From the NCBI GenBank assembly GCA_965202585.1, contig OZ241829.1, positions 64,728,001 to 64,792,000 on the forward strand: a DNA stretch of 64,000 nucleotides. Direction: 5' to 3'. This document shows, in pieces, positions 11,697 through 24,500 of this stretch. The first letter of the stretch is position 1, and every line of letters starts with the position of its first letter. The notes under the pieces were generated by a model. That model was not told where the DNA came from. It ran no database searches and was given only the letters and a program-made list of their open reading frames with translations. This DNA is from Thalia democratica (Eukaryota). The translations under genes and the position numbers were made by a program.

Positions 11697-14172
11697 CTGA
11701 AAATTTAGAATGTTGTTTAGTTTTGATACCTAAAGCTAACAGTCCTTAAATTTATCATTTTAAACTTTAATCATAAATTCTCGTTGTTAAGAATAATTTT
11801 CAATTTTTTATTAATCTTATTTATATTTTATTAATTAATTAGCTCTATTTTTTATTAATCTAAATCAACACATATAGCATCATTAAAGTTTAAACTGTTA
11901 TTACGTTAAGGTGACATCACAGCAATATTAAGATAGTGATAGTGTAAAAAAAATATATGTTTTTTTTTATCATAACAAACAAAGGTTTTATAAAATATAA
12001 GTTTTAACAAGTCTCAAAAAGGCAAAAAACTTAAACTTTTAAAAATTTCTTTTGTTATTGAAAACAAATTTCAAAAGTTGTTACGTTTATATGTACAAAA
12101 AATTAGACTAAACACCTAACAACAATATCTTTGAAAAATGTATTAGTAACTACCTGCAAACTACTTTATATAAGTTTACAAAACATTATGAGTTTTTTCA
12201 ACATATCACGATTCAAAATATTTACATTTCAACTTAATTGTTAAAATCCCACATAATCTATTGTTATTTAATTATTAGAAAGGAAAGTTAACTTTATAAA
12301 AGGCAAACACCTTTTGTTTTAAAAAAAAAACATATCTTTATTAGTTCTATTTTATACAAAGTGAAATATCAGAAAATACTAACTATTTCAACTAAATAGT
12401 AAAAGATTTAGACACAATAACTTTTGCGTCAATAATAATAAACTGTTTGAAAGTTCAAATAGTAATGTATTAATTTTTTTCTTAGTAATAGTAATTCATT
12501 AAACTTAAAAAAAAATAACTGTGTGATGTCTGTAATTTCCGAAACAAATAATTTATATTTAATGAATACTGCTCGAATTTCGATGACTTACTATTGTTGC
12601 AGTAAGTAGTACTTTTAATCAGCTGCCATTTTTGTCAAACCAGTAGTAAAATATAAAAATAAGTTAAACAATAAAAGGATAACATATACTGTAAAGTCAA
12701 AAATATAAAAGGTTATGCTCGGAATCGAACCCGGGTCGCTCGTATATAATTCATTAGCTTTATATTTATAAATTTTTAATGAAGTGAAAATACTCAAACA
12801 ACTATTTACTAGTTAAAATTAGCTACATAATCGTAAATATAAGCAACGGTTAATTGTAGTGATTTCAATGTTTTTACTAAGAGCAAAAAAAAATGGTTAC
12901 CACTTTTAATGGAATAATGATTGTCATTTTAAAAAGTTTAAAAGCGTTGTTAAAGCTGCTACTTAAAACAAAGCTGTTAAGGGTTTACATAAAGTTATTA
13001 TCTGTTTACATAAAGTTTAAGATGTTTACATAAAGTTATTATCTGTTTAATTTCTAAAAAAAATAAAATCGTGTATTTTAATTAAATAAAGTATATCATA
13101 TAAGCTAAAATAGTTTTTTTTTTATGAATTTTACTTTTTTGTAAAAACTTTTGTTAATTTTAAAAATGTATAACTTTATACTTCACAATACTGCTAAAGT
13201 ATATATTTTGTTTTAGAAATATAACTGTTTCAACTATTAAAAGTTTACTCTAATTAAATTCAATAAAACACTTTATACAGAATCGAATACTTTTTCTACT
13301 TTTAGTTAGATTTATTTCATAACATACTTAAGTAGTTATAAGAAGTGTAACAAAAAGTACGTTTGTTCTTTTCTACAAAACTTGTGGTTTTATAGAAAAA
13401 ATACAACTTAGCTACTTATGTTATATTTTATTCAAGTTCATAACTACTCTGATAGAGAAATATCGTAAAAACGTAATCAAATTTTTTAGTTTAATGATAT
13501 TTTTAAAATTTGATATTGAAGTATTTTTATTTAGACCTTGACATATTTCTAAGTTCACACAATTTTAATACGTTTTTTTGAGAACATAGTTATAACAAAA
13601 ATTTAAATGTGTTTAAAAATAAGTTATTAAAAAACAATAAAACTAAAGTAAAACTGTTAATTTTTATGAAAATGTTTTAAGGCTGAAAGTTTTGTTTCTC
13701 AACTCAGTTTAGTAACGAAAACATTAAGCAATTACTATTGCATTTGTAATATTAATTTAAATTAAGTCTTTGAAATAAACGTGTAAAAAATACTGATGTT
13801 TTTTATTAAATAAACTATTATCTGTATTTAATGTTTTATTTAAAAATAAAAAGAGTTCTTTTGTGTCGTTGAAGTACCTGGTTTGTATAACTGCTATGAG
13901 ATTATTTGGGATTCCCCGGGTGTTTGGTAAAATGTTCAGGTAAACTAACTTGAATTAAAAACAAGTTTAAGATGTGGAAAAGGTGAGTTTTTCTACTACA
14001 TTTGAAAGTAATGTGATTGTTATCTTAAAATTTAATACAGTTATAGTATTATAATATATAATATAATTATATATATCATTTTTAAATGTTTTAATGTGAT
14101 GCATAGAATCTAAAATTTGTTTTATGTGTTTCTTAACAAAAAATTGAAATTTTTATAGATTAAGCATAATTA

Positions 14173-14475
14173 CAAAAGGGCCACTAAACCTATAATCCTG
14201 GAAAAATGTGGCAATAAAAAAAAATTGGAACAACCTGGAATTTTAAACATTTTTTACATGTTAAGTAGTGATTTGACACAAAAATTTCAAATGAACCAAA
14301 ACTTTTTGTCATAATTAAAAAAAAAACTTCATTAAAAACATATTCAAAGTAGCTTTACATTGTCTTTTCAATACTGTTATACTATTTAACACAGTTTTTA
14401 CTTTAAGCTTACTTATAAACTAAAAATAGACCTAATAACCTGGAAGAAATTTCTGAAAAACCAGTGGCCACCCTG
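14173..14475. mobile_element. Related MITE with degenerate left TIR (copy 2: 62448-62750)
   Basis: Right end gtggccaccctg; 6-bp TSD taatta on both sides; internal cctggaaa motifs similar to 42545-42928. Confidence 0.65.
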
Positions 14476-16749
14476 TAATTATTTCAAGTATTTAATCAAA
14501 AAGCCTTTTAGTGGGGAGTAAATGGTTAAAAAGGTTTTCACTATTATTTTGCAAACATAAACATAAAATTTTTTTGTAATTACCTAGGAAGATGTTGCAC
14601 CAATATCAAACCAAAATTATATTGCATTTGATGTCTTAGTTATTCAACCATAATTTTAGGCTAAAAATCAATTTTAGCATGAGCAGTAAAGGAGCCACAG
14701 GGGGGCCATGAGGCCATAATTTGAAACTTGCACTAAATATTCTTGATTTGCAGATGAAGAGAAAAAAAGGTCTTATGTGTATTTTATGGTAGTTTATGAG
14801 TAATCTTGTTGATGCGGGCCATGGCTTTTTCAATTTCTTTAAAGGGGGCCATTTGCAAAAAAGTTTGGGAAGCCCTGATCTAAACAGATACTTTTTTTAA
14901 ACAACATATATAAATTCATAGTAAGAAATAAAATTATTTATTGTAAACTAAATTAATCTTTTTTTTTTTTCAATATTGTAATCAATATAAAATATTGTAT
15001 TGATATAGCTGATTTATATTGTAAAATAAAAGCGATTAAGTGTTTAATTTTTATTAGTTTATGATAAATAAGTTTAATTCTATTTAGTTGTTATAAAATA
15101 TAATTATTAGCATAACTTGTGGTTAAAAAAGACATCAAATATAATATAATTTCAGCTTGATATTGGTGCGACATCATCTTAGGTAATTACAAACAATTTT
15201 TCTGGCTCACAAAGAGTAAATTATTCTCCAAATATTCAAAAAGTTGTATAAATTTTCTGCAAATTGTCAAAATTTAAAAAACTTTCTGCAAAATGGTTTA
15301 ATTAAAAAAAGGATGAAATAACAAAATACTGGGATTTATTTATTGAATAGTGATGGGCCAATCTTTAAATGTAAACCCAATTATTTTTGATAAAATGTAT
15401 TCATTTAAGTTTATTTAACAACAAAACTAATCAATTTTTCAGTTTAAAAAAAATATTAAGGAACATAGTAGTAAGATTAAAACAAAAGGTTAATATTATT
15501 CTAAGTTTCACTTATATAATGGCTTTAAAAAAAACAAAAACATTTGAATAAAACACTAAAAAAATATATGAACATAAAGTGCTTTTGTTTTTCAATTTTT
15601 TTACTTTAAGTTTCTTTTGTCATATTTATCAGCTATAATTTTATAAAATTAAAAAAAAATAAAAAAGTTTATGTATTTTAGATGTAGATAATGTTAACAT
15701 TTTTCTCTAAAATTAGTTGCTAGCTTATAAAAGTTACTGTATAATGTTTTTAAGTTAAAGGTAAAAGCTAAAAGAATGGTTTAAGTTAATTTTAGTTTCT
15801 TTTAGTCATGAATAACTCAAATCAAATTCATTAACAAATTTAATTTTACTAGTTTTGATTATTGTTAATATGTTTATACTGTATTAGTAATAGCCATTAT
15901 TGTAAATTTTTTATTTTATTTCCTAACTAGTTTAATCTTAGTTTTATATAAAAAAATTTTATTCACCAAATCAGTCAGTCATTAATCAAATAATTTAGTT
16001 TTGTTTAAATAACTACTACTTAGCATGATGTCACACAAATATCAAACTGAAATTATATTTTGTTCTTGGTCTATTTCTATTATAACCATAAGTTTAGTCT
16101 AAATTATACTTTGTTTTAAACAAGCTATTTAAACACATAGTAAGAATTAAATTCAATTGTTACAAACTAAAATACTTAATTGATTTTATTTTACAGTATA
16201 GTAATGTATATAAGTTATTGTATCATTTGCTTTATTTTAAAAATAAAAGCAATTAAAAATATAAGTTTTATTGGTTTATGATAAATAAGTTCTATATATG
16301 TATTTAGAAAATATAACTTTTTAGAATATAACTATGGTAAAAGAGATTATTTAAAAAAATGACAAGATTGAATATAATATAATTTTAGCTTGATATTTGT
16401 GCGACATCATGCTAGGAAATTACCCTTATTTTATCATTTATGTATAAAAATGTCATTTTTAGTTTAAAATAATGGACCAAGAATAAAATATAATTTCAGT
16501 TTGATATTGGTACAATCATACTAGTTAATTACCAATGGTTTTTGTAAATTAATTACGAATTTTAGCACTAATAAAAAAAGTTGTTTTTTTTTCAAATAAA
16601 AGTATTTTGTGTTATTTACAACTTCTAGTAAATTATAAAATATAACAGTTTACAATATAAAATATGATATTTAAATGATGTCGTTTAAACGTTTTCTAAG
16701 TGTTTTGAATTTGAAATGATATCTACATAATGTTTTATCATCTTCTTTG

Positions 16750-17122
16750 AGGGAACGGGTCAAAATTGATCGAGGTTACTAAATTGCACAAGAACAAAAA
16801 ATGCACGAGGAAGCAAAATTGCACGATGAAAGTTTTGCACAAGAGTAAAAAAATAAACAGAAAAACAAAAAAAAAATAAACAGAAAAACAAAAAAAATAT
16901 ATATATAAGTTAATAAAAAAAAAAAACTTACCGAGGGTAAAGGTTAGGGGTAATAGTGATAGTAAAAATAAAAAAATAATCAAAATAAATTATTAAAATA
17001 AAATTTATTAAAAAAACTTTTCACTTAAGGTTTAGGGGTAAAAATACAAGTAAAAAAAACTTCATTCATGCAAATGTCTCTGTGCAAAATTTTCTGCTCG
17101 TGCAAATATGACAGCTACCCCC
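16750..17122. mobile_element. Putative non-autonomous DNA-transposon relic
   Basis: Clustered ttgcac motifs at the left and gtgcaa motifs at the right in inverted orientation, with internal aggttagggg-type motifs; the left-end motif ggaacgggtcaaa recurs at ~40960. Confidence 0.35.
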
Positions 17123-18518
17123 TGTATGACTAGCTTACTTATTATACCCCCTATTTAACAAATTTAAAAAAAAAATTATAGTATTCTTTTATTTTTATTT
17201 TAAACACTACTCTAAACTAACGTTTAAATAAATAGAATAAATATAAATTATATTCTGAAAAGAAGCATATCTCCACTATAAGTTATATAATTCAAATTTT
17301 AATAGATCCAATGCAAATTTAAAACTTAATATATTTATTGACAATCTATAAATATATTTTTTCATTGTAAACTAATTGTTTCCTTTAACAGCTTGCAAAT
17401 GTGATTCTACAAGTCGCGAAATTTTATTTTGCTGTAGCTGGAAGTTACAACTGTAACCTTTTCATTACAAGTTAGTTTAAATAAAAACTATATCAAGTTT
17501 AAATCACCTCTAATAAAAAAGTTATGTATATTCCTATACATAAAGTTAAGATAAGTATATCACTTGTATTTCGTTAAAGTAGTTTTAAAATGCTATTAGC
17601 CACAAATTTTTGAATATATTTTCTTAAAATAAAGTTTATCAAAGTTATCTCTCAGATGTATTAGTAAAACAATAAGTATTAATAACTGATATCGTAATTA
17701 ATCAGAATAGTGAAATTTTAAGTGTTGCATTAGTATGTCACATATAACTTTCTACTGCTTTAGAAAATTAACAGTACTGTTTAAGTTATAATCGATGAAA
17801 ATTAAAGAGTTCAACACGTACTTAATAACATATTAAAACAAAAATGTCAAAAGTAGATTGCTTAACTTGAAATCTATCTTCTTCAGTTTTCTAACAAAAT
17901 TTAATTTTGTTCTACTTTTTTACATTACAATTTAATAATATTTTAAACAACTTGCTTGAAACTTATTCTTTAATTATAAACAGTACTTTTTTATGTAAAA
18001 GATAAACACTAAGAAATGTATTTAACATTGGTCTTTTAATTAAACCTTATTTACAAGTCGTTCCTAATATTTAAAAAAATATTTCCTGAAAATTTGAAGT
18101 AAATTACTCAAAAAACGAAGAAGGATGTATATTTTTAGTAATTGGTGATGCTACAAATGGCCTGGGTTATGAAACAATAGCCTTATTTTACTCGAGACAT
18201 TAAGTAAGCTGTTTTGATATTTATAGCCTAAAGTTGTTGTTTTTCAATAAAACAAAACTGTGAGATAGCAAAACATGATGAAAACGTTTCGTGTTTTTCT
18301 TCTTTTGTCAATAAATTTTATTCTCGGTTACGCTACCTTTTCAGAAAAACATATTCAAACGAAAACCGTAAATAATTTGTTGCACGAAAAAAATAAGGCC
18401 AGCTCGAAGTGTTTCGTCGCGCTACAATTTGCATTGTTGAAATTCAAAAACACGCTCGTGATGAGAAAAATCCACCGCAAATTTATTATTAAAAACTTTC
18501 GTCGTTTTGCAGGGAATC

Positions 18519-20535
18519 ATGTCGTCGGAGCTTTTGTACTTGTCCGACGTCTGCGCCGGAACATATAAGCGAATACAATGCTTTCATATTTGTTTAAAAA
18601 TTAATATTTGTTTAAAAGCTAATTAATATTTATTTAAACTATTATATTTAAAAAACTAAAACAACTTCTATCCAATAACTGTGATAACATTTTATTTTAT
18701 CAACAGTTACTCTAAAAATAAGTTTACTTTAGCGCGTTTCAAGGTTTTTGTAACCTAAAACTGGTAATTAAATGACGTTCGTTAATAAATGTAATCTTAA
18801 ACTATATCGTTAAAAAAATATATGTTACATTAAAAGCACGATATTTCGCATATGTTATATTTCAAGCAACCACACTATTACCCAGATACTTAGTATGTTC
18901 GAGGATGACGAGCAGCGCCTGATGAGCGAGTACTTGCTGCACATGAACAACAAGATGAAGCAGACTGATGAGGACCGACGTGTTTCCAATGGAATCCATG
19001 CTCGAATTCTTCAACTATGTGAACGACACCAAGTTTGTTTTGCCATTTTGTTTTTCTGTTTGCTTTGTATTGAATTTGTTTGATTCATTATGTAATGATC
19101 ATACTTTTTAAAACTTTGATAACACATACAATATTTAATTGATTAGATCATTTAAACTTTCATTAAAAACTATAGAAAAATATCTTTTTATACGCCTTTT
19201 CAGTTTGTATTTATTTATAAATGTTTTATGTATTTACATTTATGTAATTCAATGTTTTTGGTGTAATATAAAGAGTAAATATATTTAAATTTGAAAGGCT
19301 TAAGTAAATACCACATTTTTCTACAGAATTGCTGAAGAACAATGCAAAGCTTTGTCAAAAATCCATCCATATTGTAAAGACAAGTTAGAAATTGATTGGT
19401 TTTATTAATCTTTTTATTGCACTTTTTTTAGATTTTGAAGTTTATAATTTATCATTTAATAAAACGTCAGATGATACTTGATAAAGAAGCTGTATTTAAA
19501 TTTTGAATTATAGGTTTATTTTAGAAAATATTTTTAAAGTTTGAGGTCAATTATCTTTAACTTTTGGTGTTTTAGTTGTGCAAAGTAAAAATCCAATTAT
19601 AAAATTAAATAAAACAAACTTTCTTATTGTGTCGCACAGAAGCTTGAAGGAGACGCGGCAGTTGGACGTGAGATAAAAATGTTTTCAGAAATGGGAAATC
19701 CCCGATGAGATCCACAGGGAGCCGGCAAAGATGCAGGTGCGGGAACTTTTCGGCGAGCAGTGCGGTGAGAAGTTGGAAAGTTTTCAGCCAGTAGAAGTGT
19801 TTCAGCGCAAGAGGCTGGAAAACACCGGTCAGATCATCCACAACCACTATTGTTACGTCACACGCATCCAGACACCTCACTTGCTTACTAGCAGAGGCGT
19901 GAGTAAATAAAAATTTTTATGAAAGAATAATATTTATTTTGTCTAATAAGCTCGAACTTTCTCTTCAGTTTCGTTTTAATTATTACTTTACATCGTGGTT
20001 TTGATAAAAAAAGAATTAAGAGTGTTTAATGGTTTCAAAATATTCTTTCGTCCATGAATTAAGTGTTGAAAATTATTCTTACGATTCTTTGAACTTACTG
20101 TATCTTTTAATTTACTTTGATATGTTACTACTTTGTAGAGTTTTGAGTTTTAAATTGTAACTAAAATTTTTTTATAGTTTTTACTTAAGAATTGAATCTT
20201 GTAAAATTGGTCGTAGTTTTCAAACTGCTTCTTAAAACTAAAGGTAAACTAATTTGTCAAGACGTTGTAGAAATTAGAATAGCGTTTTTAGCTTATTTAC
20301 TTATAAATATGTACACTAGTAGATTGGTTCAAATTATGTATTAAACAAATGAATATATTTGTACAGAGAAGTGTTCTTGTACACTATGCAGCAGTACCGT
20401 GACATGGAAGGCAGATGGATGAACCAGGTTGAAATGGAACTCAAGTTGGAGCTTACCAGGAACACAATCCTGCTCGTTGAAATTTTTAAGGAACTCAATG
20501 GTCAAACTTGTAGTCAACATTGTACTGTTTGTTAG
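18519..20535 (+). pseudogene. Uncharacterised multi-exon gene, apparently disrupted
   Basis: GC-rich exon-like blocks at 18519-18568 (MSSELLYLSDVCAGTY; donor reads GC), 18894-19032, 19327-19383, 19640-19898 and 20367-20535 (EVFLYTMQQYRDMEGRW...CTVC*). Joining them needs a frame change near 18960, an in-frame TAA at 19674-19676 and another frame change late in 19640-19898. No family recognised. Confidence 0.5.
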
Positions 20536-20733
20536 TTGAAGTTTTGTTTGCATTATTGAAGTGTTTGAGTATGTATCAGTAGTTAAAAAAACACTTCATT
20601 AGGATTTTACTTGAAATATCGTAGTTGTTGTCAGTATATAACTAAGTTTCACAATTTAACTTTCAAAAGTAGCTTAATGTAGTGCTACAGAGTTCGTGCG
20701 CCTCAGGCCAAATCAGGCTTGGGTTTGGCGGTC

Positions 20734-21560
20734 TTAAGGCTCATTTTGCTTCGAATTCGCGTATTCTATGCCTATTTTTGCAAATTTCCCTAGCAAAATT
20801 ATTTTGTTGTTTTTCAAACTCCTCTCTTGAGAGGTTTTCTGTTTGCGCTTGTGGTACTGGTCGCCTGAGTTTTTCACGAATTTTCGTATGTGTGTTACGT
20901 AAAAATAAGTATAAGTTAATGAATTTTCTTCGTTCAACTCAAGCTGAACTAAAACAACTTGACATATCTTTTAAAGGTAATATAGTAGAAAATAAGACGA
21001 ATTTGTTACTTTCTTTATGGGTAAGTTTGTCAATATAGTTAAACCTACAGAGTTTTCGAACCTGTTAAACACGGTTTCAATTGGATTGTTTGGATAAGAC
21101 CCAATGAAGGGAGAAATTTCAAGGCTCGTTGTGTAGTTTTTAGATCTGTAAAAGTTTTTCTTTTAATACGTTTTGGTACTGCCCTTGATAATCAAACCAT
21201 ACTCTTTTCTCGTACTGTGTTTTCTCGAATACATCGCGTCTACTTTGTATTTTGCTAATCTCTGCTCTTAACAATTCAATTTTAAGGTTGAAATCTATAA
21301 CTTCGTTACAGGCTGTTATAATCTTGATTTTATTTTTGTGGTCTCACTCAATTACTTCGAGGCTCCACCTCATTGATTGATGCTCTGCACAATCTGCTAA
21401 GTAAATCAGGTCACGTCCCCTTTTGTATCATATTTATCTAGCATGCTATACGCTCTTCCCATAATTTAAGTTGGTAGAGGTTGATATCTAGGCTTGACAT
21501 TAACCATTTCAATGAGGTTCTATCCAATAAGTTGAATTGTTTGTACTTACAATTTAGGTT
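20734..21560 (-). mobile_element. Possible highly decayed Gypsy-type pol fragment (RNase H and integrase zinc finger)
   Basis: Minus-strand translation gives LLDRTSLKWLMSS...KLWEER...KG..DLLSRL (like TDHxxLxWL...RW...ADxLSR) and further on YFYVTHIRKFVKNSGDQYHKRK (like YWxxMxxDIxxFVxxCxxCQxxK). Many stops. Confidence 0.35.
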
Positions 21561-24500
21561 TCGGTATGCTACAGGATCGGGGCTACTAAACAAGGCAAAA
21601 CTAGAAACTAATGTCTTATGTTTGTCTTTTTTAAACTTATTTCAGTCCCTAGAAAGTTGACTGCTTTCAAAAATACAAAAAGTTATAATTTTAAATATTT
21701 CTAATCTTGTAAATTTATTATAAATTCAGTTGACAAAACATATATTTTTTTATTTTTAATGCTAACTTAAATCTTTATTTGTTTATACAAAGTAAACTTT
21801 TAATAAAATTAATTGCATTTAAAAATTGGGCCTTATTTAAGGAACCTATTGAATTCTATAGCTTTCTTACTATTTTAGGTGTCTTAGTCCCCATTGTTAC
21901 CTTTAAATCAAACACGGTACACTGCACAATTTCTCAGAATATTTATGGCATAAAGTCGCATTTTAACACATTAATTATCTTATTTTTTGCTAAATTCTAA
22001 TGATTAATTGAACTGAATTTTTTTTTTAAGTACTATGTAAGAGTAAGACAAGTTTAAACTTAGGTGGCCGAAGAACAAAGTAAAACAAAAAAAACTTTTT
22101 ATACGTATAAACAATTTCTATTAAAAAACTTTTTGCATATATGTACAACTCTAACAAAAACAATTTTTGTAAACAAAAAAAGGGAAAGTCCTTTAAATGT
22201 ATTTACTCAAATTCATTATAGGAAAACAGCCAATTTATTAGGTATTTTCGCTATCTATCGTTTAGTTACGCACTTTCGCTGTGGACACAACGTGCGTAGA
22301 TTCGCGAGAGGTGACTGTACTTGCTATTATAACAAATAAAATTTTAAATTAACACTAATAAATGATAAAATAAACTTAGTAACTGAATTAAATATTATGA
22401 TATTGATAAGTTGAATTGTTTTATTATAAATAGATATACCGTACCGGTGTGAACTTTTTGTGCCCCGTAAAAATAACTTTTAACACATAACACTGCGTTT
22501 AGGTGCTCATTAAAAAAGGTACTAGATAATTGAAACTAGATATTTTAAAAATGACTAAAGTCGAAAAATATTTCTTGTAAATTAAAGTTTGTTAAATAGA
22601 CATTTTCTTGAGATGGTGTTTGAGTCGTAAACCACTTTTGTGTTTAAGATGCCAAATCTCTTGATTCCGTTATTTTATAATGTGTCAGTTATACTTAAAA
22701 GCTTAAATACACCTGGGTTAGTATAAAAGTTTTGTTTTATTGATGCTTTTAACAGAATATTTTAAAGGTCAAAAAGAAGCTTGAACATGTTTAACTAAAA
22801 GTTATTCAAAACTATGTACATTTGAAAGCACTTAACCAAATACATTGAAAAACTTAAATTCTTGATACTTTCGCAAGATTTAGTTAAAATTTTTCAAATT
22901 TTTGTTGTACTGCGAAAACGAAAAATGTTTTATAAGTTTTAAAGATACGCAAATGTGCTAATAATAATACAACAAATAAATAAAGACTTTCAAGCTATAA
23001 AAAATAACACTCTCTGAATTTTTTGTAAACATATATGTTATAAATCAAACTATTTTATTACCAAGAGTTACGTTCTTTTGAATGCTTATAAAACAGTACT
23101 TACTTACGTTTTCGCGCATTAAAAAATGGTGACAGTTAAGTATGTAAATGTATTCGGACTAAAAGATGTGACTGTTCCGTCTGAAATTTTTACTTATTAG
23201 TTATTTTTCATTTGCACTGTCTGTTATCAATTTTAGCTTTAGTCTAGCTTTGATACTTATTAAATAAACCTTGTTGACTTGCTTTATTTTGTGGGTAAAT
23301 ATAACTCATCAGCATTTAGAAATAAGACAATCGTTTATCACAGGATATTCTCATAGATACCCATACAAATCCCTATCTACGTACCCGTAAGCAGCCTCTT
23401 TATTTCGACATTAATCTTATTGTTATTCATTACATCACAAAACTAGATTATGGTTATATTGTGCATGTCTTATAATGATGATAAAACAAAACTATTAATG
23501 AATAATAGCGTTTGTAAGAAGGTAGTTTATTTTACAGATTTTTAACATAGTTAAATATACATAAAGTTTGAATATATTATTACTATAATTTTATTAGTTG
23601 TACAAATTACTAATGTTAAAAAATAAGTAGTTATAAAGTTTATCGTACTTTTAACAAACCATAAAAAGTATACTAGAATATATTAAGTGATGTCAATAAT
23701 TTTTAAAAATTTTATAGCAGCACACTTTTACAACAGCAAGTTTAAGTATTGCAGTATATAATTCAAATTTTTATATATAAAACATAAAATTATAATAACT
23801 TCTTGGATTTGATGATTACTTGAGGTTTTGGGAATTGATTCATAATGTTTAAAAAACGTTTTATGATGAGATTTAGTTTAATAAATAAAATTTCATTTTA
23901 AAAACTATCATCATCTAACTCCTTAATGAATTTGTAATTACTTAATATCAGAAATATTTATTATATTATTATTATGAATAATGTATATCATATTTACAAA
24001 GTTTTAAATTCGTATTAATCTCTTAGCTTTTTTCTTTAACGATAACTTTTTCTTCTAAAATTTAATTAAAAATTTAAAAAAGAAGTTTTGTGTTGTGAGT
24101 TTACTTATTGAAGATTTAAAAAAGTACAATAGTCAAACTTACTATACAAATTTTATTTATTTAATAAAAGAAAAGTGTATATGTTTTCAAAGTTTGAAAT
24201 TTTACACAGCTATTAGTAAAATTTAAACTACTTGTTATTCTTAAAAGTAAAATATTTAGGTCAAAAAAAATATTGTAGCATTTTTTGAAATGAACTTATT
24301 TACTGAGCTGTTTATTATTAACGCAAAAACAAACTGTTAAAAATCTTTAAAATATTTAAAATTATTCCAATTTTCATTACTTAATTTAAAAGGTATTAGT
24401 TTTCTAACCAAAAACATACTTATGTTAAACTCCTTTTCAAAAGTAAAAAATTATTTAAGTTATACCACATGCATTTACAACATTAATAAAGAGCGTAAAA

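Noticed and set aside
11334-11749. Overlapping ORFs on both strands around the IL-17-like exon
   Set aside because: Shadow frames of one GC-richer exon; only the frame with the cystine-knot Cys pattern has a splice acceptor and recognisable motifs.
16738-16983. Hydrophobic F/L-rich ORF
   Set aside because: Product of poly-A/T low-complexity sequence inside a repeat relic.
19674-19676. Stop-codon reassignment or selenocysteine to explain in-frame stops
   Set aside because: TEP and IL-17-like exons use TGA and TAA as normal terminators, the stops accompany frameshifts, and no SECIS could be supported.
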